Shown here: positions 26,201-39,880 of the stretch, one piece after another
Numbering within the stretch: the first letter of the stretch is position 1
How the letters are laid out: each line of letters opens with the position of its first letter
Assembly (NCBI GenBank): GCA_026026165.1
Contig: JAPEUD010000111.1
Span: forward strand, 1 to 51,276
DNA length: 51,276 nucleotides
Reading direction: 5' to 3'
Source: Sarea resinae
Lineage: Eukaryota
Notes under the pieces: generated by a model
The model's database searches: none
What the model was told of the DNA's origin: nothing
What the model saw: the letters and a program-made list of their open reading frames with translations, nothing else
Position numbers and translations under genes: made by a program

Positions 26201-26737
26201 GGTATCAAAGGTGCTCTGACGCACAGCAAAGGCAGCACCCGGAAAAGAGCGCCGGAGACGTCCTCTTGTAGTAATGACCGACTCATTGCATGGGGAAAGC
26301 TCAAAGGCCTCGAAGTGAATCGTGTCGTGGGCTTTAGTGATGATGACGCCAGCGTTTTGAGCTCTAATATGGAGCGGTATGACTCCCCCTTAGCAGAGTC
26401 AGACATGTCCATAGCTCGAACCACCCGAGGAGAGAGACGTACCTTTCTCCGGAAGCTCTCGTAGAGCATCTTCAAGCATTTGTTCGCTGATCGATCCCGA
26501 GTCATCTTGAACCGATCTGAGATTGTCTATCAGAGCCCCCGCTGATGCGATGACGCCCTGCCGGTCCAGGCTTGTGGTGGCTTCGAATTGCTGGAGGGCG
26601 TCGCGAGTTGTCTTCAGTAGGATCTTCTCGTGATTCGGGTCAAAGTCATCCTTCTGAGGCGTTTTAGGTAAGAGGAAGACGTGATGGATCAGATACATGA
26701 CGCCCTCTGAAGGCCATTTGTCACTTGGCCCAATCAT
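17251..26737 (-). pseudogene. Giant (~3100 codons) DUF6606/DUF3638/DUF3645-type protein with SecA-like SF2 ATPase core; one in-frame stop
   Basis: Exons 26737-26443, 26388-18598, 18548-17251. Motifs YLIHHVFL.P, LHIRAQNAG, FEAFELSP, QLNMGEGKSS (Walker A), DESDE, VNYGL, LAVPFRAKD.P..RSEFSHPD, GFSGTND, LDVGAQ, LDEAHTRGTDL, LVQACMRLR, EEQERE. In-frame TAA at 25799-25801. Confidence 0.85.
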
Positions 26738-27532
26738 TAGAACGTTTGCACCTCGTCAAAGCGTCGTCGAGATGAAGTGATCAGTCGAAGTGAGTTGAAG
26801 AGGGTCGAAGGAAAGAGTACAGGTAGCTGAGAGAAACGTGATGAGTTGAAGTGATAATTTGAATTGGTAGGGGAAGAAAAGACTTGAGGCAGATGAAGGC
26901 AACGCAACGAGGTGGTAATATAGCGGATGAAGGTGCATGGGTCATGGGTGATCGTGGTAAGTGATAGGTGATAGATGATGAATGATCAGTGATAGGGTGC
27001 TCCACGAATGGGGGGTCTGACGCAGGGGTGAATTCATCAAGAATGAAAATCATGCAGCAAGAATGTTGCGAAGATCCGACTGAGTGGTTTACATGGCGAA
27101 TTCTCCATCGAAAGACAGCCTCCAGACTGAAGCCCGACGTGGATTGCATGATCGCGACATGGCACATATCGATATGATACACTCTGTCATCGATCGAATC
27201 GACCAAAATGATTTTTTACTGAAGCGTAGGCGGCCAGCGGTAAGGTGAATAACAAGAGATCATTCTCTTCCCAGACTCTCCCTGACCTGACACAAATGAG
27301 CCGAAGGATATGCGTCGCATCGCATCGAGAAGCAATGGATGAGACCGAAAAGAGGCGAGAGCGGCTCTGGATGCAAGGTCATGATGGTTGTATTCTGCTT
27401 GACACTGGGAACCCCACGTCCGATACGCAAGGGACGACGTGCACAGGACTTGCAGGACACAATCGTCGATTGAGAAAACTCAATAGGACTCGGATTCAAC
27501 ACGGCTTTTTTCAGCTCAGTCCTACCAGAAAT

Positions 27533-28130
27533 ATGGCAGCCAACGAGATCGAACCGTCACGGACCGCACTATTGCTCCTCGATCTCCAAGTCATGTACGC
27601 GAAGATGGACCCAAGCTTCGACGCTCTCATGATACACACGGCTTCTGTCGTCAAGACAGCCAGGAGCACAGGCATCACCATCGCCCACTGCCGCGTCGCC
27701 TTCACCGAGGTCCGAGGTCGCAAAGGTCCCAGACACAAACCCGATTTTCTCTCAGCTAAAGCACGATGCCTCTCGTGCAGCCGCGTTCGGCGTCGACTCG
27801 CCAGAGGCCGCATTTCACCCTAGCGTGGCGCCCGAGGATGGCGACATTGTCGTCCGCAAAAGTCGAGTGGGGCCGTTCTTCAATGCAGCGCAGGATGTCC
27901 ATGCCATCTTCAAGGGGCGCGGCATCGATACTTTGCTCCTGGCAGGGGCTTCTACTGGCGGGGCTGTGGCGGCGACGGTAGTGCAGGCGGCGGATTTGGA
28001 TTATCAGCTTTTCGTGGTGGAGGAATCTTGCGCGGATACGAGCAAGGAAACGCATGAATTTCTGATGAATTTCTTTGCGAAGAGAGCGACCATGATAAAG
28101 GGCGAGGAGCTCAAGACTCTGGTCATATAG
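27533..28130 (+). pseudogene. Isochorismatase-family (cysteine-hydrolase fold) protein with an apparent +1 frameshift at ~27710
   Basis: RTALLLLDLQ...HCRVAF in one frame; P..GDIVVRKSRVGPF, GIDTLLLAGASTGGAV, AADLDY..FVVEE.CAD in the next frame. Confidence 0.8.
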
Positions 28131-28455
28131 TATCTACCTTATCCAGCCTGTAATCCGACCTGCTACCGTCCGAGGATACATGGTGCTTTGTCAGGTGCTC
28201 AATTAGGCTTAGTCGCGGGAGCAATATATACCAGTAAGCCGTACAACCAACCTACGGAGATAGATCATCATCAAACTATAATCCAACCTGTTCGACAGGA
28301 AGGTGTCTCAAGTGCTCTTGATGTACCCGTAAAGTCGCCCAGCCTCGCCTGGTTTGTAACGCGTGTGCAGTGCTTCCCATGTGGCTACTCCAATTCCAGT
28401 CCGCGGACTAGGTGACTGCTTATCTATCTAAGAGCATTTTTAATTAAGCTGCAGA

Positions 28456-30669
28456 ATGGAAGATACGCGGCCCCAGCAGACCCCAACCGCATCAGCCGGG
28501 AAGAAGAGAGCATGCGCGGAGTGTAGACAACAAAAGGTCCTGACGGACAGCGTCCGGCCCCTCGTTGCCACCTACTCCATGTAGGCTAACAATGCCAGAA
28601 TAGATGCGATGCGAGGGCGATCCAGGTACCTTGGACCCGCCAGCTTGCTCGCGCTGCCGCCGGTTGAAGATTCCATGCGTCTTTTCATCAGCGCCGTTCA
28701 GAAGGACGCATAAGCGAAAGTATGCCTGCCGTTATTGAGCCGTTCCTGTTTCTATCATGGGGCTAATTGTCCGTTCTGTATAGACGATTACAGGAACTGG
28801 AGGAAGAGGCTACTGCTTTAAAACGACAGCTGTTGTCTGCTTCCTACGCAGCACCTGGCAATTCTGTGCCAAGTGAAGATGCTCCGACTCCAGATCAGGA
28901 AGAGCTTACTCATGTCTCGCCGGTTCCTACGGCTAGGACGATACGTCGAAATGACCTGTCTGCCGACAAGAACCCGACGCTGCCAAGGAGCATTGCCGGA
29001 CTGGAGCTTGCCTCTGGCATTATTGATGATTGCTTCGCACTGTAAGATCTCTCGCTCGTCGATGAACTAGCAGTTGATGCCATACAGATACTTCAAAATT
29101 TATCATTCTATGCTCCCAATTCTCGATCCTAGCGTCACCCCAAACACGTTCTACCAGCATGCTCCTTCTTTGTTCTGGGTCGTCGTCTCCATCGGGTCTC
29201 AAAGATATACCCGACAACCTAACCTGACTCTAAGCTTGGCTCTACCTGTGACCCAACTTGTTTTGCAATCGATTATCATCCGGACCAATGCGATCGACCG
29301 CGTAAGAGCTCTGATACTTCTTCTCAACTGGCCATTTCCTACTGGCCCTTTTTATCGTGATCCGTCTTTTGTCCTTAGCGGTACGCTGCTTCATATGGCG
29401 ATGCATTGTGGTCTGCACGCACCTACTTTTACTCAGGAATTTTCAACGACGCACCGCAAATTACCTGAACAGGAGCTCATACGGAGAGCGGAGATGTGGG
29501 CGTATGTTGTCATTACATACCAAAGGTATACCTTCTCAACCCTAACACAGCTACTATTTCTTATCATGATCACCAGGACATGCTCTGGAAGTGGGCAAGC
29601 AAACCTGGCCTCGCTTGAGATTTACAGCGAACAAACACACTTCAAAACCCTGCTGGAGAAGTTACCAGTGACATTAAGAATTCAGATTGAATCCAGCAAC
29701 ATTATCAGTCGCGCCCATCGAACCCTGCTGGATATGGGGCTCCTCTCAATGACACCGCAGCAGGAGCGTACGATGGACGCTCTCCTGAAGGGATTCAATG
29801 CAGATCTGGATAGTCTAGATGATCTTGTGTCGTCGAGTAGGGACCAAGTACAACATATGATTTCATATGCTGATTTTTGCTCAGTTTGGGACCGCCTCTA
29901 CGTAGCCTGTGCTCGTCAAGATCTTGTTGTGATGCACTTCTACAAGTCCGCGACAACTCTGGATGTGCACTCCTGCGCGTTGATCTTCAACGCCACATCA
30001 AGCATCCTCGAACAAGTCCGCGACCTTGACAGGGACTACGGCCTACACCGTACATGCACCAGATTTCTGCTAACGGCCACGCTACTCAGCTTGGCCAGCA
30101 TGGCTCGTATCCTCAAGGGTCCTTTTGCAGGGTATCTCGACCAAATTCGGGGGTACAATCTCTTTGAAACTGGCGTTCGCTTTGCACGATCTTGTTCCGT
30201 TCAGAAAGGAGACTTTGCAGAGAAATGTGCTGCCTCTGCGGAGCGGATCTGGAAGAGCAAGAAGGTCTTTCGTGACCCTGACGGATCAATGAATATTACT
30301 CTCCGTGTGAGGAATCGTCTCTCGTGTGGGCCATGGCATGACGCCATGAGATGCTGGAAGGAGGAATTCTTCGACCCTGACTGCGTGCACTATGCCTCTG
30401 ACAATAATATTGGTACCTCAATTACCCACCTCCTTGTGCGTTCTGGTAAGCATAGATCGGCTAACGGTGAGGTAGAAACCAATATACCCTCGAGTGCGAC
30501 TGCTAGACCCGGCGCTTCGCCTGTTCCAAGTTCGGTTCCCCATGGCGCTCTATCTAACATCTCCGCAGCACCGCAGTTTTTACTGGATGATGAGCTTTGG
30601 GGAGATTTTGGACTAGGACTGAGTGACAATTGGGATGTGGCTGGGTCAAATATGAATTGGATGACTTGA
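28456..30669 (+). CDS. Zn(II)2Cys6 transcription factor, Leu3/Sef1-like
   Basis: Spliced exons 28456-28536 and 28604-28719 give KKRACAECRQQKMRCEGDPGTLDPPACSRCRRLKIPC. Further introns near 28720-28783, 29042-29087, 29526-29576, 29837-29884 and 30413-30474. Middle region YF..YH..LPIL, LLLNWP.P, GLH.P, VRNRL; acidic aromatic C-terminus. Confidence 0.88.
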
Positions 30670-30790
30670 GTGGTACGGGAAATTCTCTAATCATTACTGT
30701 TCCTCGAAGTCTTCTTTATAACTGCTTTGTATAAGCTATATTGAGTCTGTCTACTATTGAATCCTGTCAAATCCTCGTTGCTTATTTCAA

Positions 30791-32571
30791 TTACGGTTTC
30801 TTTTCTTCTTCTTGTGCCCTCTTCTCTTCCCTCTGTCGCCTCTCCTCCCTCCAACCCACCCCCCATTTGTACTCTGCCCATAGCAAAGACGTCGCAAGAA
30901 CAAAGACTAACCCCAAGAAAGTATAGCACCAACCCCACCCCATTCCATCAAGCATGTAGGCAATAATTGCCGTCCCCGCGCCCGCAACACAACATCGCAC
31001 CAAATTACTTGCTGCTGTCGCGGTCGATGGCTTCTCTGGGAACAGATCTACCAGCAGTGAACTCAAACCGTTACTGCATGACACTTGGCAATACGCCATT
31101 ATGAACTCCTGTATCAGCGGCACCGCGAGGTTGACGCGCTTTTGCAGCACCCATCCAAACGGAATATAGGTTGCTGAGACGAGTGGTGCGAAGACGAGGA
31201 CGGGCTGCAAACGCACCTTTTCGATGGGAAAGTTGCGCAGGTCGGTGCTGCGCTTCTTGTCGAGGGGGAGGTTGAGCTTCTTAGCCCAGCGGCGGTAGTT
31301 CCAGTCCATCAGCTTGCCGTTGAGGAAGGCGGCGAGGATTGCGGCGCCGCCGACGGGCCTAGGAAGCTACGTCAGCTGAACGTCCAGTCGGGCGCCGAGT
31401 GTGGGGCTTACAGGTAGCAGAGGCCGACTTTGAAGGTGCTGAATCCGTACACTTTCCCAAACAAGGTGGGCATACTTGCAAGCAGGGCCATCATAACAAA
31501 CATACCCAGCGCAATGAAGCAGATGACAATACAGGCGTCCTTCTCACGCAGTATCACGACCGAAGTCAGCGGGTTCGGAAACTGGAATCTGCGCTTCTTC
31601 CCCAATTCCTCTGCCTTTTTCGCCTTCTCGTCAGTTTCGCAGCCCTGTCCTTTACGAATCGCCCTCTTCTTCTCCCGCCGTGCATTCCAAAACTGGAACG
31701 GACTCATTACCCACCAATCCGATGGTGGGATACTCCCATCCCCTACAACCTTCCTCGAGGTTTCGGGCATGAAGAGCGCATACACGAGCAAGTACAACCC
31801 GCTGATGATGGCCAGGAACCAGAAAATCGACCTCCACCCCAGATACTGCGCCAATAACCCTCCAATGGTGGGCCCAATGGTGGGCGCCAGCATATTACCC
31901 GCGGCGGCTGGGCCGAGATACTTCCCGCGCTCCGCGGGTGTCGCGATGTCGGAAATCACACCGTACGCCAGCGCGATGGTCCCGCTGCTGCCGGCGCTCT
32001 GGAGGCAGCGCAACAGCAGCAGGGCGGTGTAGGACCTCTGCACTGCGAGGCCAACATTCGCAGCTAGGTAGATGGTGAACGTGACGATGTACGCGGGCCG
32101 TCGGCCAGTCGTGTCGCCGAAAGCGCCCATGACAGTGGGCGCCAGGCCTTGAAGGACCATATACGTTGTTATTGTTAGATTGATGCGCGCCGTGGTGGTA
32201 TGGTAATCGTTGGCGATGTCGGGGATGGCGGGGAAGTAGATCTGGCCGCTGAGCGGGGAGAAGAATGAGCCCAGGGTGATCATTAATACGATGAAGATCC
32301 GTTGGGGGCGAGTGAAGACTGTGTGAAGAGGTACGGATGAGGTCTTTGTTAGGGCTTCGGGGTCGTCTAAGGGCGTGGCATCAGGGGAGTCGTTGGCTGT
32401 CGTGTTGTGGGTTTCCAGCTCTGAGGGGTTTCCGTGCTTGATTTCCAAATGGGTGAGACTCGTTCCAGATCTAGCGCTTGACGTGCGGGATTCGTGGTTA
32501 TCGACCGGAGCAGTAATGCTTTCGCCCTTTGTCTTTTCCGGATCCATTGTGGTGACGGTGGTGGAGTGCAT
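30791..32571 (-). CDS. MFS drug:H+ antiporter (DHA1, Qdr/Aqr1-like)
   Basis: Exons 32571-31412 and 31358-30791. Motifs SPLS..IYFPAI, INLTIT.Y..QG.AP, D..GRRP, RCLQSAGSS, D...PAERG, GP..GG.L, WRSIFW, PETSR, P.E..RL. Confidence 0.92.
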
Positions 32572-32741
32572 AAACGTCGACCTCTAGGTTGATATTCCTC
32601 GCTCTTTCGGACGTGGATAGACTGGAAGCAATCCATCTTCCAAGATCATCAGAATTTTATATGGGACACCTCTCCTCAAAAGTCAGTGCGCATCTAAAGA
32701 ATTAAACTCTAGTCGTGATGTCCTGGTTCAGCAGCTTGAAA

Positions 32742-32769
32742 CCGGCACCGGAACCGGTACCGGAACCGG
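32742..32769. promoter_or_regulatory. Five CCGG units at 6-bp period (four overlapping CCGG-NN-CCGG Leu3-type sites)
   Basis: CCGG-CA-CCGG-AA-CCGG-TA-CCGG-AA-CCGG in the divergent MFS/OYE promoter. Confidence 0.65.
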
Positions 32770-33138
32770 CTCGTTTGGCCGAATGACTTCAAGGAGTATA
32801 ATGTGCCGTGTGTCTCCGATCTTGGATTTTATCTCTATTTACGCCTTAATGTATGCTGATCGTGCATTACAAGTTGTTCCGACCGACTTGAAAATCTCTT
32901 CGCTCTCGTCGAATAGCTGCAGTAGAACGCCTTCCACTTGATTCCACTGTGAGCGATTTAAGGTCGTGTATGCTCCGACAAGAGCACCATTGAACGTCTA
33001 CAGCACATCGATCTACACGGACCCGTCTCGACACAGGTCCTGTGAGCCGAATCGCCAGGAGACAGACAAAGTCCTCAACATGAGTGATCTTTCTATGCAT
33101 TGCAGGGCCGGATCAAAGTGTAACGCTGCTGATGTCGG

Positions 33139-33168
33139 CCGGTCCCGGTCAGTGGACACCGGTTCCGG
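33139..33168. promoter_or_regulatory. Two further CCGG-NN-CCGG sites
   Basis: CCGGTCCCGG at 33139-33148 and CCGGTTCCGG at 33159-33168, about 190-210 bp upstream of the OYE ATG. Confidence 0.6.
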
Positions 33169-33347
33169 ACCACGGCAGAAACACGATAAAGAGGGATAAC
33201 GTCTCGCAATATCAACAACGCCAAATACTAAAAAATACACTGCATCGCGATAAGATTGAAATTTCATTGAAGGCTCTTCAGCCTGCAGCTCTACTTCTTG
33301 CTCTTGTATGAACCCCGCTTGGCAAAGCTTTGAATCAAAGGACTTGA

Positions 33348-34643
<1,296 letters not shown>

Positions 34644-35246
34644 GATTAAGAGACTTTTAAAGTAGACCTGAATTAGATTTATATACTCTACCTACCTTAG
34701 TAATAGAGTGCCCGAGTTATGATGAATCACGAGCAATAAAATGTTGTCATGATTCTACTCTCCAAATATGAGTGCAAAGAATTGCTGTCCGTCTCCAGTT
34801 GACAAGGACCGCACTAATGACTGCAAATACAATATCATGACCTATTCCCAGGAACACCGTAACTGCTTTATCGTGAACTTAGGCGAGATCAAGAAGAAGT
34901 TGGCTTGTGGCAACTCTGACAGAGCTTAAGGTCAGGGCAGTAGACATCAAAATTAGAGATGCTCTCTCTGATTCCACCCAAGCTCATCAGTGAGCAGACA
35001 GAAGGAATGAAGATGGATCGGATTGACCAAATCGCGCATTATCATACAGAGCATTGCTCGCACATTGTCACACAGAAGCATACTAAATGAGGCAATTACC
35101 ACCGGAGCAGAAGCTAATTTCCCGGCGTGTTGACAAATGTGAAAGTCGAGAACAGGAAGCAGTGCAAGAGCTCAGCAATTCAGTAATCGGGATGGCTCAA
35201 CATGGATCGAGTGCTCCTTTTGAATATTGGATCTATTGTAGATAGC

Positions 35247-37654
35247 TCACGGCTGTAGTTTCATAGGGGAAGTGTCTTCCGCAGAAAGACTCAAGTATGA
35301 GAACGACCGAGTGAAGGTCCAATAGAGTACGTTCTGGTCCTAGAGTAACGTCAGTCTAATCAAACAAGAGCTGAAATCGACCGGGAAGACTGACCTCGGT
35401 GATTTCGAGGTGGTCTACAAGCTCAGCCTCGCAACGTCCTACTTCCACACACTCAGAAGACAAATCGAAACGCAATCCCCTGATCTTATAACACGTATAC
35501 AATAGGACATCGTAGTAAACAGTTATTCGTTTGATGCGTTCTTGGAGTGAAAATGATTTGAGATGGCTGCGAGCTTCTCCCAATACTACTGGACCCTTAT
35601 GTTGGTAAGAGAGACTGATTCCCGTAATGGATCCAATTCCAACGGTATATTCGCTGTCTGAGGGTTCTTCGAAGACCGAAATCTTCGTCACGCACTCGAG
35701 AGAAGATTGGGAAAGGTATGCTAGACTGGGCGAAAAGCGCTTGTCAAGTTGCACGCTCGAAATGCTCCAAGATAGGGACTCCTTAGGCGTTAGTGGCTCC
35801 GTTCGCTGAATTAGCTCCTGTTTACGTCCTTGGAAAACGCCAAGAGTCGAAAGGCTGTTATCGTGCCGGGTCTAAACGTCATAAACATGGGCAATATCTT
35901 TACTGGAAGGAGACTGACTCTTGAGGTGCAAAACAACCCACTCAAAGGACTAAAAGATGACCACTGGCTGACATTCTCATCTCCGAATCGAACCACCCGA
36001 CCAAAGCTTGTATAGACCTTTTACTGTCAGTTCAAATTCGCTGGTTAGCGAGGACTTTACCTTTAAAGCTATCCCATCGTTCATTGTAGCCTCTCCTACG
36101 GCTATGCCGGTCCATGTTTCACCTGCCTCCGAATCCAGTATGACGGATAACTGGTTTCCCTCCTCAAATCCCAAAAGTGCAGAGGATTTTGATTCGTAGT
36201 CAATCCGTATACCCGATATTTGCCGACTTCTACAGTAAACGAAAGTATGAATGGACTTCGCTTCAGATATGTTCCTCTCGACAAACCAGAATGGATTAAG
36301 AGGGTCTTCGACAGATCGATCGAGTGCGAGAACAGGTCGGTAGCTCTGTATGGGAAACCCGCCCCACCACGTCCACGGCCGCTCCGGTAAATTTCTGTCG
36401 TACACTTTGTAGGACAATCCGAGGACCCTGAACGTCTACAGTTTTGTCAGTATGTGTCTTGCCTCTGAGAACGTACGATGACCATACATCAAAGGCAAGC
36501 ACCAAATCGCCAGGAGTATCCGGGGGCCATTCAAGTTCACTAAAGGCTAGATGACTCTCTAGCTTCAGACGACGATCGAGGAGCAGGTCAATACCCTCGA
36601 TTTTCTGATCCTCTGGCACTGTTCCATACCAGACGTCTCTCCAGGATAAGCCATCCTTGACTTGAATCGCGCCGAAACCCTCTTCGTCTGCTACCGTTCG
36701 AATACCCGACAATGAAGCAAGCCCAATCGAAAGAGAAGAGTCGCCTCGATAACCCGAAAAGTTGCCGTTGATTCCCAGGCCGCAAATATAGCGCCGAGCG
36801 CCAACATGACTGAATCGAAGTTGCAATGTAGAGGCGGGAGCCAACTTGGCGTCGATTTTCAATGCATTCATTTGCAAGATGTTTAGACGGGGGTTTGCAT
36901 AGATGAAATAGCGATTGGACAATTCTTCGCTCGTCCTCTGTCCAGCCAAAGGATCTTCCATCTTGGAGCGCAATATAATCGCATTGTTCCACACGGTGCA
37001 ATAGTTGCTGGCGTGCGGAAAGAGCGAAGGGCGATCACGTAAATTTTTCAGCGCGCTCTGGATTCGACTTGCAATTTCCCTCGGGGTACCCTCGGCAAAA
37101 CGTGGGTCGCACCTTCGAAATTTGAGGCCTAAAGAGAGCCAGACTCCGGTGCTGGGCTCTTCCAAGGCGACTTGACGAAGATTACAGACGTCGTCATATC
37201 TGTCAAGGCACGCATAGATGAGCTGGATCACATCTCTGGGGACGTGGAATTTTTCAAATACCCCCAAGCCTTTCCGGGGTTCGTCTCGGGACGCTTCTTC
37301 TTCGACTTTATCGAGGGACGACTCCAAGCGATCAGGAGCAGCCTCGAATGCAATCGGCGTCAGGAAAGGATGCAGGTCTGCCAGTGTTTCCGTGAAGCGC
37401 GCGAGCCAGGTCGCATCGAGATCGAAAGGGTCAAAGACCTTTGTCACAACCACCCAGCATGCTGAGTGAACAACACGAGAGCCTCCAACACTCATGATCA
37501 TCTGATCGGGCGGTGGAAGGTGCCATTGCGCCGACCCATCCGTTTGCTGAAGGAACAATTCTTGATTAAAGGCCTTCCATTTGGTCTCGCGATAATTGCC
37601 GGCTTTCGAATCGATGTGACTCCGGCAGAGGTAACATAGTCGAAAGTAGGGCAT
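35247..37654 (-). CDS. Hypothetical multi-exon protein (Cys/His N-terminus, F-box-like segment, beta-rich repeated C-terminal modules)
   Basis: ATG at 37654 (MPYFRLCYLCR), then HSACW and VPRDVIQLIYACL. The ORF pieces 36296-37753, 35977-36417, 35811-35996 and 35356-35754 are plausibly joined by short introns; last exon ends in TGA at 35247. Exon boundaries only partly verified. Confidence 0.6.
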
Positions 37655-39355
37655 GGCGCGAGCTTGATTCGCGTACCCGTCCGGCCACCCGACGGGAGAG
37701 CTAGGGAAGATCAAGGCAACAAAGTGATAGGATGCAAAGGATACAGATGACACAACTGTTGTGTGTTGAGCAGCCCGCTATGTAGGGGATGATGATGTTG
37801 ATACTGGTCCGCGTTCGGTTACAAGCACGATCGAGCGATCAGGCAAGAAGGCCGAGCTTTCCAGCGGTTATTGCCGATATTGATCACAGATAACAGATGA
37901 CGGAGATGGCGATCTCGCGGCGTGAGGACAGAGCACACCAGATAGACGGATACACGTCAAGGCTGATATCAAGTGACTTCTATTCGACCATCTGCAACGG
38001 CGTGCTGAAACTCTCATTCCCGCCGTGGTTTCGCGTGGTCCGACCGAACCACGGAAAGCCCGAGCTCGGTTAGGCAACTGTAATTGTATCTGTAACGGGC
38101 CGGTGTTTTTGCAAGCGCTCGCTACAATATACAACACCCCCAGACACATCAGGCTGGTAAGCGCGCGCCGAAGGACTAAGAAGCTCAATCTCCTCTCATG
38201 AGCGGCAATGGTACGAGGATGTCGAAGCAGACTCGGTCTAGATCGGTCCTATTGTGGAATTCTCGCAGTTAATTGGCTCTCTGCAGCCGCAGCTCGAACC
38301 TCTCTCCAATGAGCCTCGGAAACGACAAGGAAACAGGTCAGCCTCAAACGGTTCGGTTTCGACAAGCACCGAGTCGATGTTCCTCAGCTCCTGGTATCGT
38401 TCCGTCCCGCTGCAAATAGCAGAGCTAAGATAAGCGCCTATGGACCCAAATATTTCGCCCTGAATAGGCGCCTATGGCAACGCGTAAGCCTTCTCTGGTG
38501 TACGCCTAATTCCTCGAAATATCTATCAAGAAGCAAGACCACTGTATAGCTCTTGCGGTCTAAACGTTTTAGTCGTTCGATTGTTCTTGGAACCGCCCCG
38601 ACGTTCAGAGGAATCGGATGATGTCTACCAATACTGTCATTACATTTACATAGCTTCAACGTCAGCCGAGGCGCTTAAACGCATTTGTTTTGAGTTGATG
38701 ATGCCTGATACAATCTTGTCGCAAGCTTTGTTTCGTTTGCCTGAGTGTCTATAATTATGCCTCTACGCTCTAGCTATCTGATTCCGCAAGCGATGTGTCT
38801 TCTGAGGACTGTCGTCTATAAAGCCACGAATCTGCACAAGGCCAGCCCCTAAGATATTCCAGACAGCATCGCATTGGCATTGGAGACTGTTGATACTCAA
38901 CTTGTCTTTTTATTCATCGAACATTTGGACGACGCTCAATATACGCCTAACCGAACGAGAAAAATCGTACATCCGGACTTGTGGAAGCAAATTCTTCATC
39001 CAATCCCGTGCTACAACAGGTAAGCAAAGATAGTGATGCACGATCTGTGAACGCGGATAATGACCCTTAGTGCCATATATAGCAACACAAACTCTTCTGT
39101 TCTGGCCAACTCGCTCGCCTGCGTTCTATAGAATATTCTTACTCGCAATTGAACCGTGTCCCATTTCAGTTTCTTGCATCAACGACGCTTTTAGCGGTCT
39201 CTTTTGCTCCTCTTTGTTTGTTCACATATCATCGTTCGACAATCTTGCAAGTTTTTACTGCTGTCCAAGGTCAGAACTTCTCAACGTTAGTCCTATCGCA
39301 AGGGAGATTATTTTTTCTGATGCTGTTACAAGACCGGCCTTCGTTTTCGACCACC

Positions 39356-39880
39356 ATGCCAACTCAGGGAGGCTGGATCAATACTCCAGCCCTTGCGGCC
39401 TGGTACGATCGGGTGTTGGTCGATAATCGCGAAGATACTACTTACGGCCTGTGGACCACTCTCTTTGCTCGGCAATTTCCATCCGATCAATGGATTATCA
39501 CTCCTCAACGAAGTCAGCAACCTGGTTCTGCATCCGAGAGGCCCGACCTGGTCGTCGAGCGATTATATGGAGGCGGCACATTCGTTCAAGTGGTGGTTCT
39601 TGAGGCTAAACCCGAGCGCCAGACAGCCGCTCAAGATTTTATGGCTGACCAGCAAGTCCTTCGATACGCAGTGTTAGCTCTTCAAGGCGGTGCACGTCAT
39701 GGCCAGGAATGGGTCTTTGCTGCCCGCGCAGTTGGAACGAAGATAATGGTGTACCGAGTCAACAAAGACAATCGTGTCTTAGAACCTGTTGCGTCAGACT
39801 TTATGGACCCGAAAAGACACGCACAGGCGTTAGACCAAGTCTTTAACCGGATTAGGACTCAAGATATATTTGAGCCTTAA
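39356..39880 (+). CDS. Small PD-(D/E)XK nuclease-fold protein (174 aa)
   Basis: CACCATG start. Contains E (REDT), RPDLVV, VVLEAK, QVLRY (QxxxY) and a C-terminal GT.....Y beta hairpin. Confidence 0.65.
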   Translation: MPTQGGWINTPALAAWYDRVLVDNREDTTYGLWTTLFARQFPSDQWIITPQRSQQPGSASERPDLVVERLYGGGTFVQVVVLEAKPERQTAAQDFMADQQVLRYAVLALQGGARHGQEWVFAARAVGTKIMVYRVNKDNRVLEPVASDFMDPKRHAQALDQVFNRIRTQDIFEP

